The notes beneath the pieces are model-generated. The model had not been told where the DNA came from and made no database searches. It saw only the letters and a program-made list of their open reading frames with translations. A program made the translations under genes and the position numbers. 64,000 nt of DNA from contig CBFFRP010000036.1 of the NCBI GenBank assembly GCA_965644295.1, positions 1 through 64,000 of the forward strand, in the 5' to 3' direction. Source of the stretch: Paraphysomonas bandaiensis (taxonomy: Eukaryota; Protista; Chrysophyceae). Positions within the stretch are counted from its first letter, which is position 1. Each line of letters starts with the position of its first letter. Of this stretch, positions 10,413 to 23,297 are shown in pieces.

Positions 10413-11063
10413 AATAGGAAGGTAGGAGAGTTATGTCATTTCCATAGAGTGTTATTATCTAGCCTGTAAAGTAATGGATGGATCTCTATAATCATACTAT
10501 GGATATGTATGCATGTGATGCCGTATACCAAAAGTACCTCCCTACCTGTACATGCATACCATACACAGATACACATACTGCTGTATGTGGTATATGGAAC
10601 ACTGATGAAAAAAAAAGAAGGTTGGTAGTTTTGTTCACCATTATTACGATAATTGTATATGGAAATACTGCATTCATCTCAATATTACAATTATTTATTT
10701 TTCCAAAAATACAAAAATGGGACTATGTACGTGTCGTAGTATGTAGTGCTGTATATACAGTATAGCTCTAGCTACAATGTCGAGCTGAGCTCTAGATAGT
10801 GTAACATAACGACTGTTCAGTCTCATCTTCATCTGTAAGAAGATCAAGAGATATCAAACAACTACCCCAACTTTCTACATGTTGACTTATTGGGAGGGGG
10901 TGGCTTACACATTACGTACGGAATATGCCGTGTGAAATGCCTGTGATGTCCCTTTACGGTGATTCCAGCCTGTATAATGAGTATATATATATATGTAGAG
11001 TAGCATATATAGACATCTAATGAGACAGTGAACAACACCCTGAAGAACGTACAATACTTTGAA

Positions 11064-12718
11064 ATGGGAATGTGTTCAACCAAATTCAAGCGAGATGCCT
11101 CCATTCCAGGCCGTGATAACGTATCTATGGCTGTGTACAGTCGTCTGTGTCTCACTGATATGGAGTTAACACTCTTTTATCGACTGTTTATAAAACTCAA
11201 TAAAAATCCAAAGACACTTGGAGTTTATGTTGATGTGAGGGATATCATTGCTGGTCTCAATGTTGAACGAAATGATATAACTGAGCGAATGTTTAGTATA
11301 TTTAATGCCGATAAATCAAACAAATTGAATCTCTGTGAGTTTGTTTGTGCATTGTGGCATTTTCTATCAATGGATGAAAAGCTTCTTCCAGAGTTTGTCT
11401 TTACACTATACGATCATCGACATTACCATGCCCTTGATATCACACGAATGCGACAGCTTTTTGAGACGTTACATGGGGATATTTATGAGGAAAATGCAGT
11501 TGTACGTAAGCACGTAGATGCTCTAACTGTAGAAAATAGTGACAATGTTGCCCTCGAGAATTTCATTAGTTACACTTCTTCTAACCCGGATTCTTGCGCT
11601 CCTATTGTGAAAATGCAGGCCGCTATGCGTAGCTGGTCGTTGGGAACATATCATTGGCGTGTTCTCCTTAATAAACGCAAAGAGCACCCGGAGCAGATGG
11701 ACGTTATGTTTTTCACAGATATCAACGCTATGATCAGGTTAATTTGTTGAAGCTTATATGTTTAATGTATAATTAAAGGCGTGTTCATATGTAGTTAGAA
11801 ATGTATGGTCATGTTACAATTTTACTGTTTTGTGCACCTGTTGTCAACAAGGATGACTAGTAACTGTTAGCTGACAGGTCTGAGTCACAACGAATTAAGC
11901 GGGAAAACTCTATAAGAATTCTTGAAGCTATTACCCGAAAGCCCAATAACTCAAGTAGTGCGATTGAGCAGTCTTCTCGTGGTCAAAGTACTGCATCTGT
12001 CCCACACACACCTAACCGACAGTCTATTAATGGAAATAGCGTTCCACAGAAGCCCATGTCGTTGTCAAAACCGAGGAATAAAGTTAAGAAGAAGAAGAAG
12101 AAGAAGAGGAAAAAGAACGATAAAGCCGCAGAAATTGATCTATCAGGCATAACGGAAGCAACGTTGCATATTCGAAACAACACAGATACAATGCTACAGG
12201 TAATCAGCGAAGCACTGCCTCCAGAGACGGTGAAGGCAATGACTATGGCCCAGGTAGAGGCCGCGTATTCCGAATATTTGAAAGCCAATCGTATGAATGA
12301 AATTGTGTCCACTGGGAAAGTAATACATCAGATGCAGGAACAAATTGATAGTGGTTCGGCCCTCTGTCGAGCTGACAGTATATGTCGTAAACAGCCGAAG
12401 CATAATATTGTGCCGATCGAGCGGTCTGCGAGCACAATGGGGCATGTAGATGCATTACCGGAAGATTTATACGCTGGGCGTGCTATCAATCGTCAGTTAA
12501 CGCGAACACAAAGTTGTCCTTCTGTAGTCTCTCCCTGTAATAGTGATGATGAAAAGAGTGTGGAATATTTCAAGCGGTACCCTCGTAGTAAACTACCTGT
12601 TAAACTTAAACTTCCCCCAGTGCTTAGAGACAGAAGAGGAATTCAGTACCAAATCCGACCTGCCTCAGTGATGCTGGGAACTGAAGATAAAATATATGAT
12701 TATAATGTTATGTATTGA
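11064..12718 (+). CDS. EF-hand (calcineurin-B/CBL-like) protein with low-complexity basic C-terminal extension; intron ~11738-11877
   Basis: MGMCST N-terminus; ERMFSIFNADKSNKLNLCEFVCALW and FVFTLYD; downstream exon in frame with ORF 12056-12718. Confidence 0.7.
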
Positions 12719-13164
12719 TGATTTCGAACCACTCATGTGTATGTATTTCTAGCGGTTATCTTTGTTACGTGCCATGTCATTGTGCTTGTGTCTGCGAAGT
12801 ATGGTTTTCATTTTATTTTCATTGTTCGTCGAAAATGTTTGTTTGTATGTGATGTACACTTAAAATGCTAGGAAATAGTGGGTTTCTTTCATGGCTTCTC
12901 ACTTTATGTTGTGAATTTTCTACCAATATCCTAAAATTAATTCCCTCATTCTATTTTCTATTATAGCATGGACAATATTTGTATGCGATATAAAGCCTTT
13001 AAGATCATACAGCAGAAATGAATTGAGTTTAATTCTACTGTATATGTTGAAACATCAGATGTAGTGCAATGATGAGTTATTTATATATTACCCCACTAAA
13101 ATGAAGATTCTTTAGTTTCTCATTCTGCATTCTGCTATTATTTTTTTACGGAAAAATTTAATTT

Positions 13165-14485
13165 TGGCCCTTTTTGGCCCTCGGCCCGCTAGGGCCCTCG
13201 GCCCGCATTTGGCCCTCTACTACAACTAACAATAATAACAATAATTCTTAATTAAAAACACACACAACACACACTACAACCACAAGCAACAATAACGCAC
13301 AAAGCAAAGGGCAGTATTACGCACAAAGCAAAGGGTCAAATTTAGCAAGAGTTATTAATATCTTAAGCAAGAGCAACTTTATACCAAAACATTTTTCGGA
13401 GCTGGGGGCTCCCCACGCTTCGACTCTACGAGCCGGCGTCCACTGCCCCCAGGCCCCCGCCCCTAAACAACGCCGGGGCCGGCCCCACCGGCCCTATTCC
13501 GGCGTTTGGCGCCGGTCTGAGCCCTGCCGGCGGCAACACAGCATGTCTCAATCTCCTCGGTGAAAGCACAGTCTTCGGCTGTCACTGTAGACTCCTTGCC
13601 ACATCCAGTGTATTTCACTATCTCCTCAATTGAAATACAATCATCAGTGGGTACATCGACAACATATCCATTCTGCAGTCGGCACTGCTCGCGATAGCCA
13701 ACGATGGACCCCTCGTAAAATCCAACTCTCACCACCTCGTACATGCACCCATCCTCAGGATCATAGTGGCTCTTCCCAATCAAAAACTTGTATTGGTTGA
13801 GCTGCGCAAACTTAGTCCTTTGGACTGACCTGTCCATTTCAAATGCAGCGTAGTCCTCTGGCAATGTGAATTGCTGGAATGGCAGATGTTTCGGCCGGGA
13901 TGCATGACCCCTGAGAATTTTGTTTCGAAGTTCGACGTATTCTTGACTTAGCTTCCGAATAGTACTCACATATAACACCACGGAAGGATGCGCAGTGGGA
14001 AAAGCCTCGTTCAGCTTTCTGTTAAACCTTTCCAGTGGATTGTTGGTTCTATTAATCAAGCGGGATGTTGATGACTCGTCTGTTACAATGCCATGCACAT
14101 TCCAATCATTAGGATCGTACGAGAGCATCCAGGTCTTCACGAAGTATTTCCAGAATATGTCAAACTTGGCTCGGTGAACACCTTCGTCAAAATGTTGGCG
14201 CACATATGGTATCCCTTTAGGCTCAATATCTTCAATAGGAATTGTTAATAGAATCGCCTGCTTGATGACAAAATTATTAATGAATTTGTATTAAGTTTTC
14301 AAAAAGTCGAAATTAAAAACTAATCACATTAGTTTTTTCAAAACTCGAAATCTTTAAAAGACAATAACTGAAATAATATAACAAATCAAAATCTTCAGGA
14401 GGCAAAAACTGAAAAAAATTAATTTTAGAGGGCCCGCGGGGGGCCGCGGGCCCGCGAGGGCCGAGGGCCCTGGCGGGCCGCAAAA
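13165..14485 (-). mobile_element. Mutator-like (MULE) DNA transposon remnant, internally deleted
   Basis: Transposase C-terminal ORF bracketed by GC-rich imperfect inverted blocks 13176-13219 and 14426-14480. Confidence 0.65.
13463..14250 (-). pseudogene. MULE transposase C-terminal fragment with extra C-terminal domain
   Basis: KGIPYVR..FWKYFVKTW..WNV..NRTNNPLERFNRKLN..HP is the MULE catalytic-Glu region; the N-terminal DD part is absent. Confidence 0.8.
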
Positions 14486-14620
14486 AAACCTTATCTTTTT
14501 TACGAATGCAGTAAAGTATTTAAACGCTTTACTCAACATTCTTAGCTCAACAATATTTCCTGCACTCTTACAATTTATTAATTATAGCACTCACGGAATT
14601 AAAAAAGTAGTACACGTGAC

Positions 14621-14785
14621 GCACTGTCATGTAAACTGTTCCATGCTCTTTCATATGAACCGTGGTATAAAATGTCATCTGAATGATTGTTGCATGCACT
14701 CTCATATGAACTGTCATACGAAATGTCGACTAGCAGCGTGCACTGTCATCTCAACTGTTGCATGCACTGTCATATGAACTGTCAT
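14621..14785 (+). repeat. Degenerate 12/24-bp minisatellite (ATGAACTGTCAT / GCACTGTCAT)
   Basis: Repeated CACTGTCATATGAACTGT-like units. Confidence 0.6.
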
Positions 14786-15420
14786 TTGGATGTTCTGAAG
14801 TGGGTTCGTTCACAGGACCCTCCATGTCCATGGGATAGCAGGACTTGTAAAGCTGCTGCTGCTGCTCGTGGCCACTTAGGTGTCCACAAGTGGCTTCAAT
14901 GTCCCTGGATTGAACGCACTTGCAAAGTTGCAGCTGGTGGTGGCCACTTGGATGTTCTGAAGTGGTTTCGTTCACAGAACCCTCCATGTCCATGGGATGA
15001 ACTCACTTTCGAAGCGGCTGCTGGTGGTTTGACATTTGGATGTTCTGAAGTGGCTTCGTTCACAGGACCCTCCATGTCCATGAGTTGAATTCACTTGCAA
15101 AGCTGCTGCTAGTGGTGGCCACTTGGATGTTCTGAAGTGGCTTCGTTCACAGAACCCTCCTTGTCCATGGAATGAACGCACTTGCAAAGCTGCTATTAGA
15201 GGTGGACACTTGGGTGTTCTGGAGTGGCTTCGTTCACAGGACCCTCCATGCCCATGGAGTGAAGAAATTTGCATAGCTGCTGCTAGAGGTGGTCACTTGG
15301 ATGTTCTGGAGTGGCTTCGTTCACAGGACCCTCCATGGATGAAGAAGCTTGCAAAGCTGTTGCTGCTTATGGTGGCCATTTGGATGTTCTGAAGTGGCTT
15401 GGTTCGTAGGACCCTCCATT
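14783..15420 (+). pseudogene. Ankyrin-like tandem array (~8 units of 87 bp / 29 aa), frameshifted
   Basis: Units HLDVLKWLRSQDPPCPWxExTCxAAxxGG at ~14783, 14873, 14945, 15033, 15120, 15207, 15294, 15377; frameshifts and a TGA. Confidence 0.85.
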
Positions 15421-16910
15421 CTATTTAGTACTCATGCTATGTGTGTATATGTTTTAAAATTTGTACACTGAATGTACTTAACTATGCTTCGTAGTTTGTA
15501 TCCTATTACATTCAATATATTGTAGTATGTGTACCAAACTATTTTCTCATCTATGTATGATGTATTTATATAATAATGAAGTAATAAACCAGCATGGCGG
15601 CAGAGTGAAAGAGAAATTAAATTACACACGTCAAACTTCCTACTCCCTACGCCATGTCGGCTGATCATATAAAGCGCGGATATTCTTGATCATACGAATG
15701 ACAGTAATGCCCCATATTGACAGCGTAACTAATCACTGCGTGCGGCCCTCTAGTGGGTGCTGCTGAGTACTGCGACCGCGCACCTCTACCTATGTACACA
15801 TTGCTTAGTTCAGCGCTTCCTCACCCGGGTTCTCACTGCATATTCAGCGCTAAACACCGTGTGATAGTGATGTAGCTAGTTGGGTTCAGTAGGTAGCTAG
15901 CAAATAACGTATGGGACTTAATCAAGTATTAGTTAGGTACCCACCCGGCCCCCACCCGGATCTACCTACGTACGCGCTCAGAATGAGGCAGTATCTTTAG
16001 TTCATGCAATACTGCTAAGCGCTACTATATTCTTCAAGCAACTGTCATAATTCAAATATATATACATCTTAGAAATACAGTTTTTAATTGCTCAGAAACA
16101 GAAAAGTTCAACACTGGGGTTTCACAGAGTTTTTGTCATATTTATACCCAGTTGATAAATTAAAAAAGTCGCCATCACTTTTTACTGTCAAATTAGCTCT
16201 ATGAATGGTTGCTGCATCATCTATAGTTTTTTTAGATGTTGAAGTTAGATATAAGGTACAGGCATTGATTTATAAAACATAAGGAATTCACACTTCATTC
16301 ATTGCATAATGGTGTAATCATAGTAACGAGTGCTAAGAATATGTAATCCGCTAATGATTATGGACGTGTATGTATAGGTGTGTGCATAGGGAGCTTTATT
16401 ATAGAGCCGCATATGTATAGGGTGGTGTATATGTCCAATCCAATTAAAACGAAACGAGAAGTTGGGGTTGATACTGTCTCAAACTATTCTGAAGTATCCT
16501 GAGCATGTTTCACAAACATATCCGTGGATTATCCCTTGTACGCATATAATGGGACATCATACTGTTTTGTCACCTCATGCGGAGCGGTGTGGTACGGTCG
16601 TGTGGTACAGCAGTGGTATGCAGTACGGTATACCGCACCATAATACGAGCACACAGCAGTAGCGATATATGCAGATATGTGGTAAGCTACACAGGTACAT
16701 CTGTAAGGTACACAGGTACACAGAGTGTGTGTGGATTGGACACAACATGAAAATAATTGGTCCAAATATACCTACACTGGGCACTGCTCTGCTGTATCAT
16801 GTACCTGTACCTGTACCTGTACCTGTGTACCTATAGACATACAGCTCAATTGGACTTAACAAACTCTCCATCCTATCACTACATTCATACTATATATATC
16901 ACTACCAATC

Positions 16911-18356
16911 ATGAGTGATGATGATTTATTTTCTGGATTATTTGTATGTGAAGATTATGTGGTGAAGTCTTATACATTTGGAGATATGAAGCAGTCCCTT
17001 CTATGCTCCAATATGTCATCTGTGAGATATATACACCCCTTCATACACTATTCATACTTATATTTTACATACAGACTGATCATGATCTCACTGGTCAAAT
17101 TGTATGGCCTGCAGCAAAGTTATTAAGTTGGTTTATATCGACACATAAACATTTGTTTAAAGATAAAGATGTGATCGAGCTTGGAGCAGGCACTGGTTTA
17201 GGGGGCTTTGTAGCAGCTCAGCTGAGGTTCGTATATTATTATATTCGAATTATATCAACTAATTTATATCTGATTATGCAGTCGCCATACGATAATTACA
17301 GATGGCAATGAGGTTAGTGATATTGTATAGTTACTTGGAGGAACTGTTAATCGTTGTAGGACAACAGGTTGTGTTGAGATTAATCGATAGAAATATTAAT
17401 GAAGGGTATGTTTCACGGTACGATAACGATGAAAAAGTAAGCAACGATATCCAAGTTGTTGGCAGACAATTGCTGTGGGGACAGAAAAATCAGGTCAAAT
17501 GCATACATTAAATATGTTAAATCCCTATGTGGACATCGGGTGACAATATGTACGTGCAGATTGTTGACTTAGTGAAAGAAGGTGTGATACCAGAAGTAAT
17601 CATAGGTAAACTATTGTTGTTCTATTTATTGTACGTGAAAATGATATCAGGCGCTGATGTTGTATTATGGCCCACTTACACGAGGGCACTTTTGCTTACT
17701 GTTAGGTGGCTTCTGAGTTTTAAACCGAGGTACTGTAGCAATTTCCTGTACAATTGCATAGAGTATTTACAGTCTTAAATTATTCCCCTCGTTTGCACGT
17801 TTCCCCAGTCATATACCCTTTACGTCACTGTTGTAATTCTGGCTTAGGTCTTCGAGATGTTATATCAGTTATGTGTGCCGTGCCCAAACTACGACAGTAG
17901 GTTTTATAATTGGAATACTGTGTCATTTTGATATTGTGATGTAGGATTTGTTTTTATCAAATGCTGAGGACCTTGGACTCATTGTTAACGTATGTGTTGG
18001 TTTTCCGAACTTTGTTGGTCACAATGACGTGATTCATAGGATGTTTGCATTGGAGACTTTCTGCCTTCTGTAAGTGATGAAGAAAGAAACGAAAGTTTTA
18101 TTGACCCCTCTCAGTGGACGAGTGAGTTACATTCTTATGATTAATATGTACTCTGTGCATTACCATTTGTGTCCTTATGATAGTATGAATATGTAGTAAT
18201 GCTGTTGCTCACAGATATGCGCATCTTCTCTATCGAATTATCTCCCGTTAGATTCCCAACAAGTGAAAATGATATTGACCAGTGTATGTTTGACAACATC
18301 CCTGCTGAAGACGAAGAGTGGAGATGCAAAGCTGAAACAATTAATAGTCCCTTTTA
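16911..18356 (+). CDS. METTL21/Methyltransf_16-family lysine methyltransferase, many short exons (end approximate)
   Basis: TDHDLTGQIVWPAA, VIELGAGTGLGG, ITDGNE, LLWG, IIGADVV motifs separated by GT-AG introns. Confidence 0.8.
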
Positions 18357-18809
18357 ATTTATAATCGTATTAATATAGTTACTGCGATGTGTTCATCCCA
18401 TCACGTGTAAACCTAATTTTGTCGTCATTACTTTTTTGTTAGAATTGAGTTTCACACCTTATCCTTAACCTTGTTGCACACAACGTATTTTCAAGCTCTT
18501 AACAAATTCATGTACCACCCGATGAACATCTGTTCTCAGAAATATCTGTCTAACATATATGTTCACCAGCCACTCCTATATCATACATAGTTACACATCA
18601 GCAACTGAATTTACTTCCTTTGTAAGATATTACCAGTTACATCTATGAGTTGATTTCACCAATTTCACATTATCACATTATTGACTCACTGCAGCTGAAA
18701 AAATATAAATTATATAGTATATCAGAAACCAACATTCTCAAAATAGCTGCTGGATATGTTAAATACGGATATGTGCTATATTGTCGTTGTGGACTATTAA
18801 TTACTATTA

Positions 18810-18997
18810 GTAGTGAATGTCTAATTATTTAGCAATAGGCGTTGAGACCTTGCATCAATTAGTGGCTAGAAGAATGCTAGTCATACTAGTTAGACCACTA
18901 CCCGTAACTAATCAATACAAACTCTTTTATCCTACTATTTAACGCTACGAAAGCTGCTTGTGCGTCGCCGCAAGCACCAAGGTGCAACCACTTCCGT
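18810..18997 (+). repeat. TIR-element family, copy A (left end only)
   Basis: GTAGTGAATGTC..TAGCAATAGGCG terminus plus TATCCTACTATTTAACGCTACGAAAGC...GCACCAAGGTGC core. Confidence 0.8.
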
Positions 18998-19396
18998 TCA
19001 TTAATTACTATTACTATCGTTGTTCCAGTTTAAATTTAAGTAACGTAGTACGTAGTAATACTTCGCATCTATAAGGAGAGGTAGTGATATGTTGCGTGGC
19101 AATGAAATATAAACTAGGGTTATCGAATGCAATGCTTCAACTTCTATCTTAAACTTCTTCATAGATGTGGTGACTTATCTTAGAAGTCAGTGATGACGGT
19201 TTAGATATCTGTTACGCTCATTAATATTCACTTCGAAGATTTAAATGTAACAGACTTTCGACAACACATTAGTTCCAAATGTGCTTTAGAGATGAACTAT
19301 ATTATAGATTCGTTGTTGATAAATGTCAAATAATCTTCAATACTATTACAATGGGTGTACACATAGGAATACTCAGTAACCATTCATGTGGTAGTA

Positions 19397-20688
19397 TCAA
19401 TGCACAGTAATACCCTCGGTAGGATTGCGAGGTCTCCATGTCACTTCAACAGCATCAGTCCTGAACCTGGTTTTACACCATCATCATCACCAGCATAGAC
19501 ATGATATCCTATTTACCTCTGTGTACATGATGCCTCCTCTAGAGGGGTAACACTCCCCATTTGATAGGCAAATATACCTGCCTGTGCTATCATTGCCCCG
19601 TTATCTATGCAATACCGATGATCCATTGCGCAAACTGATCCACCTCGATCTTCTGCCATAATACGCATCATCTCTTGTAACCGCACATTGCACCCCACCC
19701 CACCCACAATCAATACCGTATTGGCCCCTAATTTATTTACACGTTTACATCCCCAATTTACAAATATGCAACTATGTCATCACCTGTATGAGCCATTGCA
19801 CGCTCAGTTGTCTCAACGAGCATCGCAAATACGGTCTCTTGTAGAGAGTAGCACAGATCGGCTGGGGTAGCTTGTCCTGAGGGAACAAGGTCTTTGCATT
19901 CCTTCTCTATCTTTGTGAGTATGCCACTGAAGCTTACGTCCATGCCCTATAGAGAGAACACTCACAGGCAGAATAAAAGAGGTGTCAAAGTACTTGCCTT
20001 TACAATATAAGGCAGTTCTATGTACCGTGAACCTTTCTTGGCAAGCTGCTCTATGTTGTACCCAGGTGAAGGGTCGTTTGAAAGCCCTAGGATGCGTGCG
20101 AATCTGTCCAGACAATTTCCGACTGCAATATCAATTGTCTCTCCAAATATACGGTACCTTCCGTCAGCGTAGGCAATTACCTGAGTATTTCCACCACTTA
20201 CGTACAGCACAACTGGATCACTGCAATTGGTGGCAACTCGACCCATTTCTATGTGGCCAACGCAATGATTCACGCCAACAAGAGGCTTGTCCCACAGTAT
20301 ACTAAGCATACGCGCTGCCACAGCGCAGGATCTAAGAGGACCACCCATTCCAGGGCCTTTAGTATAGCAAACCACATCAACTTCCTCTGCCTTTATGCCC
20401 GCATCATTCAATGCCTAGCTAAACTATGAAAAACACGTAACAATACAATCACGCACTTACAGTTCGTACTAAACCAACAACATGATTCTGATGATGCCAA
20501 GAGGTCTCTCTAGGCAAGAACCCTTGACCAGGGGGGGTAATAAAGGTCTTTCTAGGGTTAGACAGTATATTATACTGTCCACTCTCATATAAAATAACCC
20601 CAACGCCTATTTTATTAGCAGACCCTTCTATTCCAAGTGCAATTATTCGGGATTTCTCCACTACAGGTGGTAAGTTTCCAATATCCAT
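19397..20688 (-). CDS. KAE1: tRNA N6-threonylcarbamoyltransferase Kae1/OSGEP (KEOPS), multi-exon
   Basis: [101 protein letters not shown]. Confidence 0.97.
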
Positions 20689-20986
20689 GATATGTATATT
20701 TATTAAGATGGATCTCCGTTAATAGCAATCGCTTACTGTATATACACAGCAGTGTGGATGATGTAATTTTACTAAAGGGCAATTTTTATAAGAAAAAGCA
20801 CTTTTCATATTGAGAAACCACCACTTTTAGAACATGAATATATCACCAATACGAAAAATCCCCACTTTCAGTATATATATATACAGATTTATCGTATGGT
20901 TGTGCCTGTAAATAAGCAGCATATCATCAGATGTTAATCAGCTCTATGATATCACTATACTTCCCCTCTAATATACCATAAATAGC

Positions 20987-22570
20987 ATGAGTTTCTGGAG
21001 AAGAAATCGTAATATAATATGTCGGGCAGCATGTACACATTTCTTCTGTCTAGAAGGCATGTTGACTGGTGTATGGGCATCCCAGTTACCTAATATACAA
21101 GATCGATCCAATCTATCGGATGGTGTGTTGGGTTTATGTGTATTATGTGTATACTTAGGAACAGTTCTTGCAACACCTACAGCAGGATTTTTGAATCGTT
21201 TATTAGGCAGCAAATGGGCAACTATTACTAGTGCTATGCTCTATATCTTATCATTGCCGATTATAGGCATTAAAGCTGATATTGCACTGCTAATTACAGG
21301 GATGTTTTTATTCGGCATTACAATGGGTTCGTATGTTATATTTGTGAAGTATTATGTAAGTTTTGTATTAGGTCTAATGGATGTCTCCATGAATGCTTGT
21401 GGTGTTGTCGCAGAACTCGTTGCGGACAAACCCTTGATGGGAAGTTTTCACGGAAGTTATTCTATTGCTGCTGCTCTAAGTTCAGTGCTCGGTAGTGGTC
21501 TTGCATCAATAAACTGGTGGGTATATTCAGTATTTTACTCTATCCGTCTGTTTACTCACAAGCAATGTTGTAGGACTCCCTTGGAAATATTCTCGGCGGT
21601 ATGCTCTGTCTCAGTCCTGACAACCCTAATGGCTGGTGGAGGGTTATACAAGTGGAAGGATGAGGCGTATTACAGTAGCAAACACTGGAAACTTTTACGT
21701 CGCGCGGAGACTGGCATGATAGAACCGATGCAAGAAACATTACACTCAATGAAGGTTTCATCCCAGTCAGAGGAGGATTCTACGCAGCGGCTAGTTCAGG
21801 GAGAGCAAGAGAAGGAAGATAGTAGTCTATGTCAGTGTGCCGTACCACGTAACGCTGCCCTCTATTTATGTGCAGTTGGGTTTTTAGCATCGTATGGGGA
21901 AGGGGCAATGGTAACTTGGTCGGTGATTTATTTTAAGCGCTATGTTGATACTCCAAGAGCCCTCGCAACTGTAGGTTTCTTTACCTTCATGGTATGTATG
22001 GCTGTCGGAAGGTTCAGCTGTGACTATATAAGGCGCAAGGTGGGGCGCAGGCGACTCGTGCGTGTAGCTGGGATCCTGGCGGGTGTAGGCTTACTGCTCA
22101 CAGTCGCGGCACCGTCCTTGCCACTCAACGTTGGACCAGCGGTCTGTGGACTTGCCCTTACCGGTGCGGGACTTTCTACTCTCATACCCACCGTATTCAG
22201 TAGTGCTGGACACCTTCCAGGTACCCATAGTGGAACGTCAATAGCAACCGCTGCGGCTTTTACGTATTGTGGGAGCATTGTCAGTCCCCCCATGGTAGGA
22301 GGACTTTCGGATGGAATGGACTCATTGCGGTGGGCCTTTCTTGTGGTGGCCATCATCCTGAGTGTCATCGCCCCCCTTTCGTATGGAGTGCCTCCTGAGC
22401 TCGTTGTAGAAACGAAGGATAATAGTGCAATAGACGGGAATAGTATCAGTTGCAGTTCGGATGGATACAGCATACCTGCGGCGTCGGACACACATTGTAC
22501 TAGCCCGTATGAGGGCCTGCAAAACCCGCTACTACGGTACAGTGATGGTACAGGAAGCGAGTATGAGTAG
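20987..22570 (+). CDS. MFS transporter (YbjJ-like); probable in-frame introns 21327-21371 and 21517-21573
   Basis: GVWASQLP, MDVSMNA, MGSFHGSYS, EGAMVTWS, MAVGRF..D; about 12 TM segments. Confidence 0.88.
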   Translation: MSFWRRNRNIICRAACTHFFCLEGMLTGVWASQLPNIQDRSNLSDGVLGLCVLCVYLGTVLATPTAGFLNRLLGSKWATITSAMLYILSLPIIGIKADIALLITGMFLFGITMGSYVIFVKYYVSFVLGLMDVSMNACGVVAELVADKPLMGSFHGSYSIAAALSSVLGSGLASINWWVYSVFYSIRLFTHKQCCRTPLEIFSAVCSVSVLTTLMAGGGLYKWKDEAYYSSKHWKLLRRAETGMIEPMQETLHSMKVSSQSEEDSTQRLVQGEQEKEDSSLCQCAVPRNAALYLCAVGFLASYGEGAMVTWSVIYFKRYVDTPRALATVGFFTFMVCMAVGRFSCDYIRRKVGRRRLVRVAGILAGVGLLLTVAAPSLPLNVGPAVCGLALTGAGLSTLIPTVFSSAGHLPGTHSGTSIATAAAFTYCGSIVSPPMVGGLSDGMDSLRWAFLVVAIILSVIAPLSYGVPPELVVETKDNSAIDGNSISCSSDGYSIPAASDTHCTSPYEGLQNPLLRYSDGTGSEYE

Positions 22571-23297
22571 TAGTCGTAGTCATGAACATGGGTGCATACC
22601 TTTTTAGTTTTAGGTGGTTTGTATATATAGTAAACTATAAAACATCATCATGTATTATGAGTCTTTACACTTAAATCGCAATCAATAGAAATGTGGTTAT
22701 CGAAGTAAGACAACACCTGCTTGAAGTTTGCAACCATGACCATGTTTATTGTTGTGCCATGAGCATTGTAACTTCATATATGAGCTCAAGTGCTGCTACA
22801 ACTGCATGTTTTTCTACTATAGTAAACGTCATTCGTGGGCATGAAATCATCATTTATATTATATGGGCATGCGTCCTTGGGAAAATGTCCGAATGTTCAT
22901 CATTTTCTGGTATATCATTTGTTACAATGTTGTATGTTGAGTCCACGCCTCAACAACGTGTTTGAGCAGATTCCCAGCAGATATATATATACCCCTTACG
23001 GGTATACCAACTCACAATAGCTAGGTTTATCAGGGCTGCGTATCAATTAAATGCAAATAATATAATTGGCTACAACCTGGCAAGGTATAATTTGTCGGTA
23101 CACATAATCAGAGATAGGCCATGCATTGCGGAGAGTAACGAAAACAATTTATTGTCACAATATTGAGATTTTTACATTCATTTAAAGATCATTTAATATA
23201 CGAAGAGATATCAATTCACAACAAAGTATACTTCTGCTACGCGCCCAGAAACGATTGGACCATGACGAACTCCGACTATTATTTCAAAGCAGTATAT

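Noticed and set aside
14783-15420. Regularly spaced repeats as a CRISPR-like array
   Set aside because: Units are 87-bp coding ankyrin repeats without unique spacers; eukaryotic context, no cas genes
15630-16030. GC-richer intergenic patch as ncRNA or Helitron end
   Set aside because: No tRNA/snRNA fold, no second copy, no clear hairpin+CTRR terminus
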